A DNA stretch of 64,000 bases, from positions 146,298 through 210,297 of the forward strand of contig NIVC01001554.1 of the NCBI GenBank assembly GCA_002269645.1. Reading direction: 5' to 3'. Under the pieces are notes generated by a model that saw nothing but the letters and a program-made list of their open reading frames with translations, was not told the DNA's origin and did no database searches. A program made the position numbers and the translations under genes. Shown here piece after piece: positions 38,436 through 52,889 of the stretch (its first letter is position 1; every line of letters begins with the position of its first letter). The stretch is from Macrostomum lignano. Lineage: Eukaryota.

Positions 38436-39290
38436 TCTCATGTAGATTAGAACGCCTGGTTCGCATGTAGATTAGAAGGCCTGGTTCGCATGTAGATTAG
38501 AAGGCCCGATTCTCATAGATTAGACTGCCCGATTCTCATGTAGATTAGAATGCCCGGTTCTCATGTATATTAGAAGGCTCAGTTCTCAAATAGATTAGAA
38601 TGCCCGGTTCTCATGTAGATTAGAATGCCCGATTCTCATATAGATTAGACTGCCCGATTCTCATATAGATTAGAATGCCCGATTCTCATGTAGATTAGAA
38701 GGCTCAGTTCTCATGTAGATTAGAATGCCCGATTCTCATGTAGATTAGAATGCCCGATTCTCATGTAGATTAGAATGCCCAGTTCTCATGTAGATTAGAA
38801 GGCTCAGTTCTCATATAGATTAGAATGCCCGGTTCTCATGTAGATTAGAATGCCCGATTCTCATATAGATTAGACTGCCCGATTCTCATGTAGATTAGAA
38901 TGCCCGATTCTCATATAGATTAGACTGCCCGATTCTCATGTAGATTAGAATGCCGGTTTCTCATGTAGATTAGAATGCCCGATTCTCATATAGATTAGAA
39001 TGCCGGTTTCTCATGTAGATTAGAATGCCCGATTCTCATGTAGATTAGAATGCCCGATTCTCATGTAGATTAGAATGCCCGATTCTCATGTAGATTAGAA
39101 TGCCCGATTCTCATGCAGATTAGAATGCCCGATTCTCATGTAGATTAGAAGGCCCAGTTCTTATGTAGATTAGAAGGCCCAGTTCTCGTGTAGATTAGAA
39201 GGCCCAGTTCTCGTGTAGATTAGAAGGCCCAGTTCTCGTGTAGATTAGAAGGCCCAGTTCTCGTGTAGATTAGAAGGCCCGGTTGTCATG
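38436..39290. repeat. 25-nt minisatellite TAGATTAGAATGCCCGATTCTCATG, ~34 copies
   Basis: Tandem repeat ending ~40 nt from the ZNF330 exon 1 donor. Confidence 0.97.
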
Positions 39291-39322
39291 AAAGGTAAAC
39301 GGTTGCAGCAAATTTGCAGTCA

Positions 39323-40355
<1,033 letters not shown>

Positions 40356-40936
40356 GCTAAGCGTAACGAAGGCTGATCGATAAGGCAGCTAAAGCGTCAA
40401 ACCTAGCCTACCTGCCTACTAGTAGTAAAGAGCAAAGCAATGCATCGAATTTGCTATCCAGACAAGCAAAATATGTCGCATTTAATGCTGAAATAACACA
40501 GATTTATGTAGCGCCTGGAGGCAATAAATACACACAGCTTGAAATAGAATTGGCAGACGCTATTATAATAAATGTTTCATGACACAGAATGCTGAAGCGC
40601 GCAAAAATCGATGACACAAAATTAAGTTTTGTGGTCGGCAAGTCGGCAGGGCCAATCAATCAATTGGAAATGTTGTCAGACAAAAACAGCAAAATGAAAC
40701 AAAGCAAAAAAACATCAACAATTCAGACAATTTTATTTGCACGGCAGCATTATTTTTTGTTCGATAAAATGAAAATGAGCAGAAAGAAAACTAATAATGC
40801 GGAAGACAGCTCACAACAGAAACATGAAGTGAAAATGAGCATCAACTATTTGAATCTTGATCGGATTGGCTACAAGCTCAATAAATTAGATTTATTTTTT
40901 AACTTGGAATAGTTTTGTGAAATAATCATTCAGAAG

Positions 40937-41347
40937 ACTTTAGTGGTGATTCAGAGACAGCACTGCGGACTCCATAAGGCTGATTATTCAGAGACAGCAC
41001 TGCGGACTCCATAAGGCTGATTATTCAGAGACAGCACTGCGGACTCCATAAGGCCGATTATTCAGAGACAGCACTATGGACTCCATAAGGCCGATTATTC
41101 AGAGACAGCACTGTGGACTCCATAAGGCTGATTTTTCAGAGACAGCACTGCGGACTCCATAAGGCTGATTTTTCAGAGACAGCACTGCGGACCTCATAAG
41201 GCTGATTATTCAGAGACAGCACTGTGGACTCCATAAGGCCGATTATTCAGAGACAGCACTGCGGACTCCATAAGGCCGATTATTCAGAGACAGCACTATG
41301 GACTCCATAAGGCCGATTATTCAGAGACAGCACTGCGGACTCCATAA
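40937..41347. repeat. 36-nt minisatellite TTATTCAGAGACAGCACTGCGGACTCCATAAGGC(C/T)GA, ~11 copies
   Basis: Visible tandem repeat. Confidence 0.96.
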
Positions 41348-41835
41348 AGGCAAGTCAGAAACGAGTAAATGAAAATTCAGGTGGCAATCTAGTGCTAATT
41401 CAACTCTATGCATACAAAAAATTAATTTCCCTTTGCCTTAACAGACTTATACGAAGCTAAACGTACGAGCTACTCTAAAATTGAAAGAAAAGTATTAGAT
41501 TAAATCTATTTAAACTTAAAATTCCGCTTAAATAACAAACATGTCAAAGCAGGACTCTAATATTTCATAATTTAGCTTAAAATGTGGAAAAATATTGAGA
41601 CAATGGATATAAATAAAGTTGGTAGTACTCTACCAGCAAGTGAAACTAGTCAATTTTATGACCAGATTTACACAAATGAAAGATAAAATTAATGAGACTC
41701 AATCGGGTTAATTAGAATTCAATGTCGAATTTTCTCACATTCAAGTTGACCTCCGAAAATGAATAATAAAAACAACAAACGCGCTCCCTGCGCTCGCTAC
41801 TTAAAGTAGGGCAGTAGCGCATATATACTGAATAT

Positions 41836-42001
41836 TCAATTGCGAACCAACGACCGGCCCAGCCTGCCGCCGCCGCCTCCTCCGTTGGCATCGAAGACGG
41901 TCACTTCGTCGTCTGCGTCGTCTTCATCAAGTCGCTGCATCTCCAGCTTGTCGGCGTCAACCAATCCGTAGCGACGAGACTTGCTAGCCCGGCGCCGCAG
42001 C
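41836..42001 (-). CDS. FAM174: FAM174-like membrane protein, last exon (cytoplasmic tail)
   Basis: CCAACAG|G at 42001 (phase 2). LRRRASKSRRYGLVDADKLEMQRLDEDDADDEVTVFDA resembles the FAM174 tail (K-T/S-R-R/K-YG-V/L...E-M/L..L..DDEDD..TLFDA). TGA at 41836. Confidence 0.78.
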
Positions 42002-43566
42002 CTGTTGGCAATTGTAAGCAAGTTATGCACTACTGTCCTGACTGACAACAATTAGATTATAGAACCAGGTACAAACTAGCATTTTAGAGACCTCAACTGG
42101 CAAGAATTAAAACTATTCCTACAAAGCTTTATTTAACATTTATAAAAAGTGTTCTAAAAAGTTTGTTGAACCATGTGCAATACAAAGAAATATTATAAAT
42201 ATTATGCAATTTTGTTAAAAACAATACTTAAATTTATCATTAATATATAGAGTATCAACCCAGATTTATTTAAATATATCAACACCACACTAGAAGCATT
42301 TAGTAGGATAAAACATCTTTGCAATGTCAATTTCATCTAAATCTAGCCATATTGGAAAATGGTTGATCTACCTTGATGAAGAATTTATTGTTCTATGATC
42401 ATATCTACTTGATCTACTGCTATTATATAATCTCTCTTTACTATTAATTTGCAACTTAATATCTATTGTGTCTATATGTATAATTTATAAACAACTTTGC
42501 AATAATAGATTTTAAATCAATTATTTATAATCAGGTGCAGATCTAAAAATTTGAACGAATGGTGCAGGTTACTAAGGTACTTTGGCTTTGATTATGTGTT
42601 ACTCATAGAAAGAAAGAGAAAATCTAAATTGATAGAGGCATACCCATTGTGTCTCCTATATTTGATATTATTTATTGTACAAAAATTAAAAAGGAAATAT
42701 ATACCTATTCTAATCTATAAATTGTATATTCCCTAAATGGACCACTTAGGTTTCTTGGGTGAGCCCATTAGACCCAATGTATCTCTTGAAAGTTTTAGAG
42801 ATCACTGTCTCTATATAGTTTAAGTTCAGTAGCTTAAGCATTAAATGCATTGTACAATAATCCATATTTGTTATATATATTTATGTATTGAGTCTATATT
42901 GGCATGACACAACATCTTACACTGTAGATGGTTGATCTTTTGTTTGGCTTGTCAATTCTATTGCTGCTAATTGCAAAGCTAATGTCACCTATGTCAGTTC
43001 TTACTATTATTGTCTCTATAACAATATAGGCTATCTCATTGCTAGAACAGTTAACTTCCAAACCATATGTTCTTTCAATAAAACATAGGTGCTGCAGCCT
43101 CTCATATAGCAACTGAGCAAGTTTAAAACCCTTATCATTAATTTTCTATTCAGTACAGCTCATGCATATAAATGGCTAACAACTGCATATTTTTCCTTAC
43201 CATGACAGAAAAGAATATCTATTTCCCACAGCTAAAAAACAGCTAAAGTGTCTATGGTTGGCTTAAATAATTTTTATAGCTTTTGTAGGTTCAAATTTTT
43301 AATAGTTTGCATAGAGTGGCCTATGTTCTAATCTATTACCATTTAAAACTATGACTATCTTGGTCATGCACCATAAAGTATGGCATCCTTTAATTGCATT
43401 AGATATAAAGTGTAAGTTATATAAAATATAGGCATGGGCTAAACTATAATAAGTTAAAATATATTAATGTTAAAGCTTATTCATTATTGTCTTGAAATAG
43501 AATTACATCCTTCCTCCTATATACTAAAAATGAAATGTCTGTAACTAACTAGCTATGCGATAGATT

Positions 43567-43720
43567 TCAGAAAAAATGGCTCAACCGATTTTCTTCAAAC
43601 TTGCACCATTCGATCAGAAATTTTCCTGGGACGGTACATGCATCTTGGCTAAGAAATTGCTCAATGTTAAAGGGATTAAATATTCGAAAAACATGCTTTT
43701 TTGCAAAGGTCAAGCCAAAT
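43567..43720 (+). mobile_element. Possible Helentron/HINE (DINE-1-like) non-autonomous element remnant
   Basis: CAGAAAAAATGGCTCAACCGATTTTCTTCAAACTTG resembles the conserved GGCT(G/C)AACCGATTTT..TGAAA(C/T)TT core of these elements. Ends not defined. Confidence 0.35.
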
Positions 43721-43989
43721 TTTTGACTTGAAATGCATTGTAAGAATGCTAGAGAAAAAACTGACTGGCTGAATAACGATTGTGATAAAGATTGCATCAC
43801 AACAAGTTGAAAACAGTGCCACAGAAATGCACACAAGACTTGATTGAAATTGCGTAACCATATTGCTAACTTGAATTGAGACTGATACTGGCTGACTGAG
43901 AAATTGATTATGTCATAACTTTCTACTCCAATTGACTTGCTGTAAGAATTGAATTATAAGGGCCACAATTCATGTTCTCCAAATGAAAA

Positions 43990-44070
43990 GAGATAGCCCA
44001 GATGCGAACAGACTGGGATGCTAATGTAGTGACCTGGGTTCGAATCTTAGTAGTGCAAAAGATTTTTTTA
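43990..44070 (+). pseudogene. tRNA-like sequence (tRNA pseudogene or SINE head)
   Basis: A-box-like TAGCCCAGATG (43994), B-box GGTTCGAATC (44037-44046), then a T-run; the cloverleaf stems pair poorly. Confidence 0.4.
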
Positions 44071-44111
44071 TTAAAACACATTAAAAACACAAAACTGCTA
44101 CACATAAAAGA

Positions 44112-46250
44112 AGCACAATGTCAAACATAGAAGAGCAACCATGTTGAACATTAAAGAGCCACCATGTCGAACATAAAAGAGCCACCATGTCAAGCATAAA
44201 AGAGCCACCATGTCAAACATTAAAGAGCCACCATGTCAAACATTAAAAAGCCACCATGTCAAACATATACGTGACTCCATGTCAAACATAAAAGAGCCAC
44301 CATGTAAAACATATATTTATGACTCTTTGTCGAACATAAAGAGCCACCATGTAAAGCATTTACGTGACTCCATGCCAAATATATACGTGACTCCATGTCA
44401 AACACATACGTGACTCCATGTCAAACATTAAAGAGCCACCAAGTAAAAAATTGAGAGCCACTATGTCAAACATTAAAGAGCCACCATGTCAAACATTAAA
44501 GAGCCACCATATCGAACACTAAAGAGCCACCATGTCAAACATATGTGACTCCATGTCAAATATATACGTGACTCCATGTCACACATAAAAGAGCCACCAT
44601 GTAAAACATATACATATGACTCCATAACAAACATTAAACAGCCACCATGTCAAACATTAAAGAGCCATCATGTCAAACATAAAAGAGCCACCATGTCAAA
44701 CAATAAAGAGCCATTATGTCAAACATTAAAGAGCCACTATGTCAAACATTAAAGAGCCACTATGTCAAACATTAAAGAGCTACCATGTCAAACATATATG
44801 TGACTCCATGCCAAATATATACATGACTCCATGTCAAACATTAAAGAGCCACTATGTCACACATTAAAGAGCCACCATGTCAAACATATACGTGACTCCA
44901 TGTCAAATATATACGTGACTCCATGTCACACATAAAAGAGTCACCATGTAAAACATATACATATGACTCCATAACAAACATTAAACAGCCACCATGTCGA
45001 ACATTAAAGAGCCATCATGTCAAACATAAAAGAGCCACCATGTCAAACATTAAAGAGCCATTATGTCAAACATTAAAGAGCCACTATGTCAAACATTAAA
45101 GAGCCACCATGTCAAACATATACGTGACTCCATGCCAAATATATACATGACTCTATGTTGAACATTAAAGAGCCACTATGTCACACATTAAAGAGCCACT
45201 ATGTCACACATTAAAGAGCCAACATGTCAAACATTAAAGAGCCACCATGTAAAGCATATATGTGACTCCATGCCAAATATATACATGACCCCACCATGTA
45301 AAGCATATATGTGACTCCATGCCAAATATATACATGACCCCATGTCTAACACATACGTGACTCCATGTCAAACATTAAGAGCCACCCTGTTGAATGTTAA
45401 AGAGCCACAATGTAGAACATTAAAGAGCCACAATGTAGAACATTAAAGAGCCACAATGTAGAACATTAAAGAGCCACAATGTAGAACATTAAAGAGCCAT
45501 GATGTCAAACATTAAAAAGCCATCATGTCAAACAATAAAGAGCCACAATGTAGAACATTAAAGAGCCACCATGTCGAAGATTAAAGAGCCACAATATGTA
45601 GAACATTAAAGAGCCACAATTTCGAACAATAAAGAGCCACCATGTCCAACATTAAAGAGCCACCATGTCTAACATTAAAGAGCCACCATGTCAAACATTA
45701 AAGAGCCATCATGTCAAACAATAAAGAGCCACCCTGTCGAACATTAAAGAGCCACAATGTAGAACATTAAAGAGCCACAATGTAGAACATTAAAGAGCCA
45801 CAATGTAGAACATTAAAGAGCCACAATGTAGAACATTAAAGAGCCATGATGTCAAACATTAAAAAGCCATAATGTCAAACAATAAAGAGCCACAATGTAG
45901 AACATTAAAGAGCCACCATGTCGAACATTAAAGAGCTACAATATTTAGAACATTAAAGAGCCACAATGTCAAACATTAAAGAGCCACCATGTCGAAGATT
46001 AAAGAGCCACAATATGTAGAACATTAAAGAGCCACAATGTAGAGCATTAAAGAGCCACAATGTAGAGCATTAAAGAGCCACCATGTAGAACATTAAAGAG
46101 CCACAATTTCGAACAATAAAGAGCCACCATGTCGAACATTAAAGAGCCACCATGTCGAACATTAAAGAGCCACCATGTCAAACGTAAAAGAACCACCATG
46201 TTGAACATTAAAGAGCCACCATGTCAAACATTAAAGAGCCGCCATGTCAA
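44112..46250. repeat. ~23-nt minisatellite AACATTAAAGAGCCACCATGTC(A/G) with ATACGTGACTCCATGTCAAAC variants
   Basis: 2.1 kb degenerate array in the FAM174-like intron, with internal block duplications. Confidence 0.95.
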
Positions 46251-46362
46251 ACATAAAAGATACACAATTTCAAACGTAAAAGTAAGCGTCATGCCAATTT
46301 TAAAGGAGCCACTATAGAGCTAAGGAAATTGTTGCACTAGCTACTTATTGTCTGGTAGATGC

Positions 46363-46506
46363 TTGCTATTTGGGGATGCTTGCTATCTGGGGGATATGCT
46401 TGCTATTTGGGGGATGCTTGCTATCTGGGGGATGCTTGCTTTTTGGGGGATGTTTGCTATCTGGGGGATGCTTTCTATCTGGGGGATGCTTGCTATCTGG
46501 GGGGTG
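46363..46506. repeat. 18/19-nt repeat GATGCTTGCTATCTGGGG, ~8 copies
   Basis: Visible tandem repeat. Confidence 0.93.
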
Positions 46507-47071
46507 ATTTCTTTTTGCATTACACTTTATTTGAGCAGTTCTTCTGTTGTCTTTGTGAAGGCTTTATTTGGCTGTCTTTTTGTTACTTGTAGAGAACAGA
46601 GATTCTATCCAGATGTCCCCCAATGGGGGGCGAAGATTGCTAGTTTATTACTAGAACTAAAGCTTTATATAAAAGAATAATCTATATAAAAGGCTAGGCC
46701 TATAAACTAAAATGCCATATTTAAAGACATGTTGGCTATGTCTAAAATAAAAAAAGCATATTAACAATGATTATGCCTCTAATAGTAATTAAGTCCATAC
46801 TACAATATAAACATGGCTAGACCATTGTGCCTTTGCCTATAATATTAGAGCTTATAATAGACATGGTGGCCATATATCTTAAACAATATAGAATGTTTCT
46901 CAGTAGAAACAGCAGCCATGTTAATGGAGTCTACATAGTATTAGCAGCTATATCATTGATGATTTTATATTTAAAGACATACCATAGTCAAGAAGGTGGC
47001 ATGTATATACCAGAATTAAATTTGGGAAGAAATCTCTATATATGCCAAATATGCTAAAAATTGGAAATGAC

Positions 47072-50000
47072 ATGTATTGGTTTCCCGACAGACATTCAGA
47101 CAGACATTCAGAAATCGTTTAGTAAATGTTTAACAAAATTTGCTATTTAGTACGCAAGATGGTGTAAATTTTCAGACATTTTTACGCATGTCTCTGCTTT
47201 AAAAAGACACCTCAGACACACACAAAGACGCTTCACAAACTGAGACATTCCCTAGCAACTGTTGTTACGACGTTTCCCAATATACCGAATACTGTATATA
47301 GTAGTTTTTTGAGAAGCCGCTACATCGTCCCACTTTGGTCTTGCTGCATGAAATTTGCACAGCTGTTTTACGCATGTCTCTGCTTTAAAAAGACACCTCA
47401 GACACACACAAAAATGCTTCACAAGCTGAGACATTCCCTAGCAACTGTTGTTACGACGTTTCCCAATATACCGAATACTGTATATAGTAGTTTTTTGAGA
47501 AGCCGCTACATCGTCCCACTTTGGTCTTGCTGCATGAAATTTGCACAGCTGTTTTACGCATGTCTCTGCTTTAAAAATACACCTCAGACACACACAAAGA
47601 CGCTTCACAAGCTGAGACATTCCCTAGCAACTGTTGTTACGACGTTTCCCAATATACCAAATACTGTATATAGTAGTTTTTTGAGAAGCCGCTACATCGT
47701 CCCACTTTGGTCTTTCTACATGAAATTTGCACAGCTGTTTTACGCATGTCTCTGCTTTAAAAAGACAACTCAGACACACACAAAAATGCTTCACAAACTG
47801 AGATATGCCCTAGCAACTATTGTTACGACGTTTCCCAATATACCGAATACTGTATATAGTAGTTTTTTGAGAAGCCGCTACATTGTCCCACTTTGGTCTT
47901 GCTGCATGAAATTTGCACAGTTGTTTTACGCATGTCTCTGCTTTAAAAAAACACCTCAGACACACACGAAAATGCTTCACAAGCTGAGACATTCCCTAGC
48001 AACTGTTGTTACGACGTTTCCCTATATACCGAATACGTATATTGTACGTAGTTCAGCCTAGACATTGCTGATCACTGATCAAGCCTCAACAATGGGCAAA
48101 CCTCAACTGCTAGGTATCCTCAGCTGTCTCCTCGAGCACTCTGTCATCATCTGGATGCCGTCGTCGGCACCTTTAACAGATTACGCCATGTGACTATATA
48201 TGAACAGCTAGCCTGATAAGAATTTTTCTAGTTTCGCTGATCAAGCCTTGAAAATGGGCAAGCCTCAACCGCGGGGAATTCTCAGCTAGTCTGTCGAGCA
48301 TTCATTCATCACCTGGACGCCGTCGGCACCTTCAACGGACTACACCAGCTGACTATGGACACTCTGATGCAAATACATGTACGCCAGATTTTTCTTATCG
48401 AGCTTCAATAATGGGCAAAACTTAACTGCCGGACATTCTCAGCTAGAATCTCGAGCCTTCAATAACCACCCCGATGCCGTCGGGACCTTCAACAGGTGGC
48501 ACCAGGTGACTATGGACATCCTCATACGAATTTCTCTAGTTTCGATATTCAAACCTTTACAGTGCAGGCAAGCCTCAACTGCTAGGTATCCTCAGCTAAT
48601 CTCCCAAGCATTTAGTCATCAGTCATCACCCCGACGCTAGGCATCTTTAACAGATGACACCAGGTGACTGTGACCACCCTGATGCAAATTTCTCGAGTTT
48701 CGCCAATCAAGCCTCGACAGTGAGCAAGCCTCAACTTTTGGACACCCTCAGCTAGTCTCTCTAGCATTCCGTCACCACTCCGACACCGTCGGCACCTTCA
48801 ACAGGTGGCATCAGATGACTATGGACATCCTTTTGCAACTATGTCAGGTTTTTCTTATCAAGCTTCAATAATGCGCAATCTGTAACTCCAGTTTATTCTC
48901 AGCTAGAGTCCCAAACAGTCTATTATCACCCGACAATTATGTAAACATGATGAGGTAATTTGTTAATTAAACTAAATTGAACAGAATGTTCACGAAAAGA
49001 AGAAAGCACTAAAAACTACCAAATTTTCTGTGTATAATGAAGATAAAGTTACAATATATTGATACTAAATATCAAGTCTTCTGTCTTAAAAGTTACTATT
49101 TGTTTCAAAAAAATCATACTTCTGGGTGTCCATGGTCATGGTTTCGTCTCTTTGAAGGTGCCGATGACGGCAGAATGACGACAGAATGCTTGAGAAACTT
49201 GTTAAGGATGCCTAGCAGTTAAGGTTTGGCAATTATTAAAGCTTGATAAAAAATCTAGCATATTTGCATCAGAGTGTCCATAGTCAGCTGGTGTAGTCCA
49301 TTGAAGGTGCCGACGGCGTCCGGGTGAAGACTAAATGCTCGAGAGACTAGCTGAGGATGTCCAGCAGTTGAGGCTTGCCCACTCATATCGAGGCTTGATT
49401 AGCGAAACTAGCTGAGAAATTTGAACAGCGTGTCCATACATGTAGACACCTGTTTCAACTTGTTGAAGGTCCAGAAGCTCCGCCTGGGTGAAGGCTAGTG
49501 ACCAACAAGGTCAAATAAATCTGATGCAGACACATGTGGTCGACGTGCTGACGAAATTTGGAGACTTGGCAAGGCTGCACTGAGGCGCAGTGCTTATTGG
49601 CACACAGGGTGTAATACACTGGCGCTTATGGGAAAATCCAACCATCTGCAGGCAGAATCATCGAATATCTCGACGGTCCAGAGGGCTGGCGACGACTTGA
49701 TTCTTGTTCGAGAAGGTGCGTAGCAAAAAGTAAGCCCGTGTTCTTGAATTTCGTGCGCCCACGTTGCTCCGTGTCGACGCATCAAAAAATGTCAGCTGGG
49801 ATGGGGGATTCCCTGTTCTACTGTTAATAATAGAACAGTAATATTAGTATATAGTAATAAAAGAAATACAGTAATACGATCGTAATAATCTTATTATATC
49901 ATTATTAATAGTACTAATTTCAATAATAGTCTTAATAATATTGTAATAATAATACATTTGGTATTCTAAGAAAACGTCGTAACAACAGTTGCTAGGGAAT

Positions 50001-50547
50001 GTCTCAGCTTGTGAAGCGTTTTTGTGTGTGTCTAAGGTGTCTTTTTAAAGCAGAGACATGCGTAAAACAACTGTGCAAATTTCATGTAGAAAGACCAAAG
50101 TGGGACGATGTAGCGGCTTCTCAAAAAACTACTATATACAGTATTCGGTATATTGGGAAACGTCGTAACAACAGTTGCTAGGGCATATCTCAGTTTGTGA
50201 AGCGTTTTTGTGTGTGTCTGAGTTGTCTTTTTAAAGCAGAGACATGCGTAAAACAGCTGTGCAAATTTCATGTAGAAAGACCAAAGTGGGACGATGTAGC
50301 GGCTTCTCAAAAAACTACTATATACAGTATTCGGTATATTGGGAAACGTCGTAACAAAAGTTGCTAGGGAATGTCTCAGCTTGTGAAGCGTCTTTGTGTG
50401 TGTCTGAGGTGTCTTTTTAAAGCAGAGACATGCGTAAAAATGTCTGAAAATTTACACCGTCTTGCATACTAAATAGCAAATTTTGTTAAACATTTACTAA
50501 ACGATTTCTAAATGTCTGTCTGAATGTCTGTCGGGAAACCAATACAT
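47072..50547. mobile_element. Non-autonomous Foldback/Mutator-like DNA transposon (3,476 bp) with 9-bp TSD
   Basis: Termini ATGTATTGGTTTCCCGACAGAC... and ...GTCTGTCGGGAAACCAATACAT are inverted, with ~3 mismatches over the first ~115 nt. GGAAATGAC is duplicated at 47063-47071 and 50548-50556. The arms contain 186-bp tandem repeats (~4.6 left, ~2.5 right). No transposase ORF. Confidence 0.9.
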
Positions 50548-51325
50548 GGAAATGACTATTATTTATAACAAAAGTTTAAAATTATGACTTAGCTTTTGTA
50601 CTGCAACAATAATAGACCTATTTTCTATCATTATATTTGATATTTATATATACATTATAACAAAATAAGTGTTGTTTCTATTTTTCCTTTATAAATAATT
50701 TGTAGTTATATACTTGTGTTGTGCAAAGTTCTGATACTTAAATTCTTTAAATCATTATATTATTATATCTAATTAATAATTATTCTTTTTTCATTTGCAC
50801 TCCCATTATCTATCATCTCTTAACTGCAACCTTTTTCTTTGAAATGTTTTATATTTGTTACAGAAACTTGCACTTATTTTTGAATAGCTTTGTATATCAC
50901 TTTTTTATATGCCAAATCCCAAATGTATTTTTATTTTGTATACAAAAGGCCCATGCCAAAATTTTTTTTTAAGATTTAAGCATGCCAAACATGCATACGA
51001 AATGAACTATGAAGGGCTAGAATTTTCAAGCAAAAAGGACACCTTCCTGACTATGGAAAACATAGGCCTAGAGGGTGGCTGTGTCTCTATTAGGCTTATA
51101 GAATCCATTCAACATTGGAAACAGTGGCAGTCTCTTTATTGCCAAAAATTAAAGCAACTGTTCCCTGTACCATGTGTGCTTACATGTATATCATACATGG
51201 CAGATGTGCCTATAAGCTTTAACCTCATAGACATAGTTGCCATTTCTAAAATTAATAAGTACTCCAAAACTAAAAATCAATCAAACAATGTTGCCAACAT
51301 ATAAGAACAATATTTTACAACTTAC

Positions 51326-51690
51326 ATGACAGACTTGGCAACAAAGAACAACAGCACAAGGGCTGTAAGAACACACAAAATCACCGCACTTTTTAGTAGT
51401 GTTTGTTTGTTTTCTAGAACAAAAGAGTTTACTTTATTATTCCACGTAGCTGTTGGATTAATAGCTGGAATAGATGTTGGACTAACATAATAGGCACTAG
51501 ATTTCATCCAAGGCGAGCTCATAGTGTTGAAAGGACTAGGCGATAGTGTAGTCATAATTATTTTATAAATAATAGGAATGGCTAGGTCCTTAGGCCTACT
51601 CCTAGGATATTTATTTTGCCTAGGCCCTATATAACAAGTCAAGACCAAGAACAAGAACACAGCAATTAACTCCGGACTACAGAAGAATTT
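51326..51690 (-). CDS. FAM174: FAM174-like membrane protein, first coding exon (signal-peptide-like, Ser/Thr/Pro-rich ectodomain, TM); start uncertain
   Basis: TM segment TLLKSAVILCVLTALVLLFFVAKSV; donor AT|GTAAGT at 51325 (phase 2) joins the last exon in frame (..SVM|LRRR) across a 9,324-nt intron. The frame is open to an in-frame TAG at 51693-51691. Confidence 0.72.
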
Positions 51691-52101
51691 CTAGTCTAAA
51701 AAATGACTATATCAACCTAGCAGGACAAATAGGTTTATTACCACAGGATCGCTGTGAAAATTGGTAAATTTAGTTCAAACTAAGAAATATGCGCCAAACA
51801 GACTCGCATGCTACGAATGATTATTCGATCATCGCAGCGGCGTGGTTGTGCGTTTTAAATTCATAAACAAACGAAAATTTTGAGGTTTATTTTTTGTTTT
51901 AAAAACTTTATAAACATCTTTTGCGCGAAAAGTTATACATAACACGATAAACTAAGAACAAATGTTGAAAATTTGTTATAACTTAGTCGTAGCTAGCGAG
52001 CACGAAGTAAATTTAATTTCAATTTTCTGTGAGATTTTAGTAACATTTCTGTAAGATTTTACATCACCGTCTTTTTTTCTTGGATTTTTGTATATGGTGC
52101 C
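51691..52101. promoter_or_regulatory. Putative bidirectional promoter region between the FAM174-like gene and DNAH12
   Basis: Head-to-head coding starts 411 bp apart; near-palindromic E2F-like CTTTTGCGCGAAAAG at 51918-51932. Confidence 0.45.
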
Positions 52102-52265
52102 ATGAGCAGCAACGAAAAACTCCCCCCAATCGCGGGGGAGAAACGATCTAATGGAAAGCATGATGCGAAAAGCAAATCCGGAGCTGAAGAGGGTGAATTC
52201 GCCGCTCTTAATTTGCATAACTACCGCCTGGCCGACAAGAAAAGAGATCAGTTGCAACAATTCTT
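52102..52265 (+). CDS. DNAH12: Axonemal dynein heavy chain (DNAH12-like), exon 1
   Basis: GCC-ATG start, MSSNEKLPPI...; donor TT|GTAAGT, phase 2, in frame with exon 2. Confidence 0.72.
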
Positions 52266-52715
52266 GTAAGTGACATTATTTGGTGGTTAAAGCTTGACTT
52301 TCGGTGCCCCAGTTGATAAATTTTAGTGTTTAATCGATACTTTGATCCTTTTCTGTTTAGATCGTTGATCTGCATTTCAGTTTTTGCGCTATTTATTTAA
52401 CTGTCAATTTTACATGTATGTATTTAGAAACTTAGACATCTATATATGCTTAATTGGTTATAAGTAGTATTTTACTTACAACCTAAAACATTGGATGTGG
52501 CCTTAATAATGGTACGTTGGATTTCACCAAAATATTTGATTCCAAAACTGTGAATTTACTCTATATTAACAGGGTATATTTTGTACATACTGCAACATTC
52601 TTTCTCTGAACGCAATTTGCAGTAAATATCAAAAATTTATACTAAAAAAATTTGGAGTATCCAAATTTTCATATATGAAAAATTATATTTTTTCTCTAAT
52701 CTCATTTTTAATTAG

Positions 52716-52803
52716 AATCGAGAGGGCGCTGAAAACACAGCACGAAATGAAGTATGACAACAAAGATCTGTCGAAACCAACTCCGCCGGAGTATCCACAG
52801 GAG
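52716..52803 (+). CDS. DNAH12: DNAH12-like, exon 2
   Basis: ATTAG|A...GAG|GTGCGC; encodes ...PTPPEYPQE (cf. DNAH12 PPPDYPQ). Confidence 0.75.
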
Positions 52804-52889
52804 GTGCGCCTTACTACTTGTCTTGCTTATTTGGCGCAAATACTTGTCTTGCTTATAGAACTTTAGCTAGGCAAAAAACTACTTTTCAG

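Noticed and set aside
47309-48061. 250-aa ORF in the transposon left arm
   Set aside because: Four copies of a 62-aa translation of the 186-bp repeat; no transposase motifs, and it starts at a non-ATG codon.
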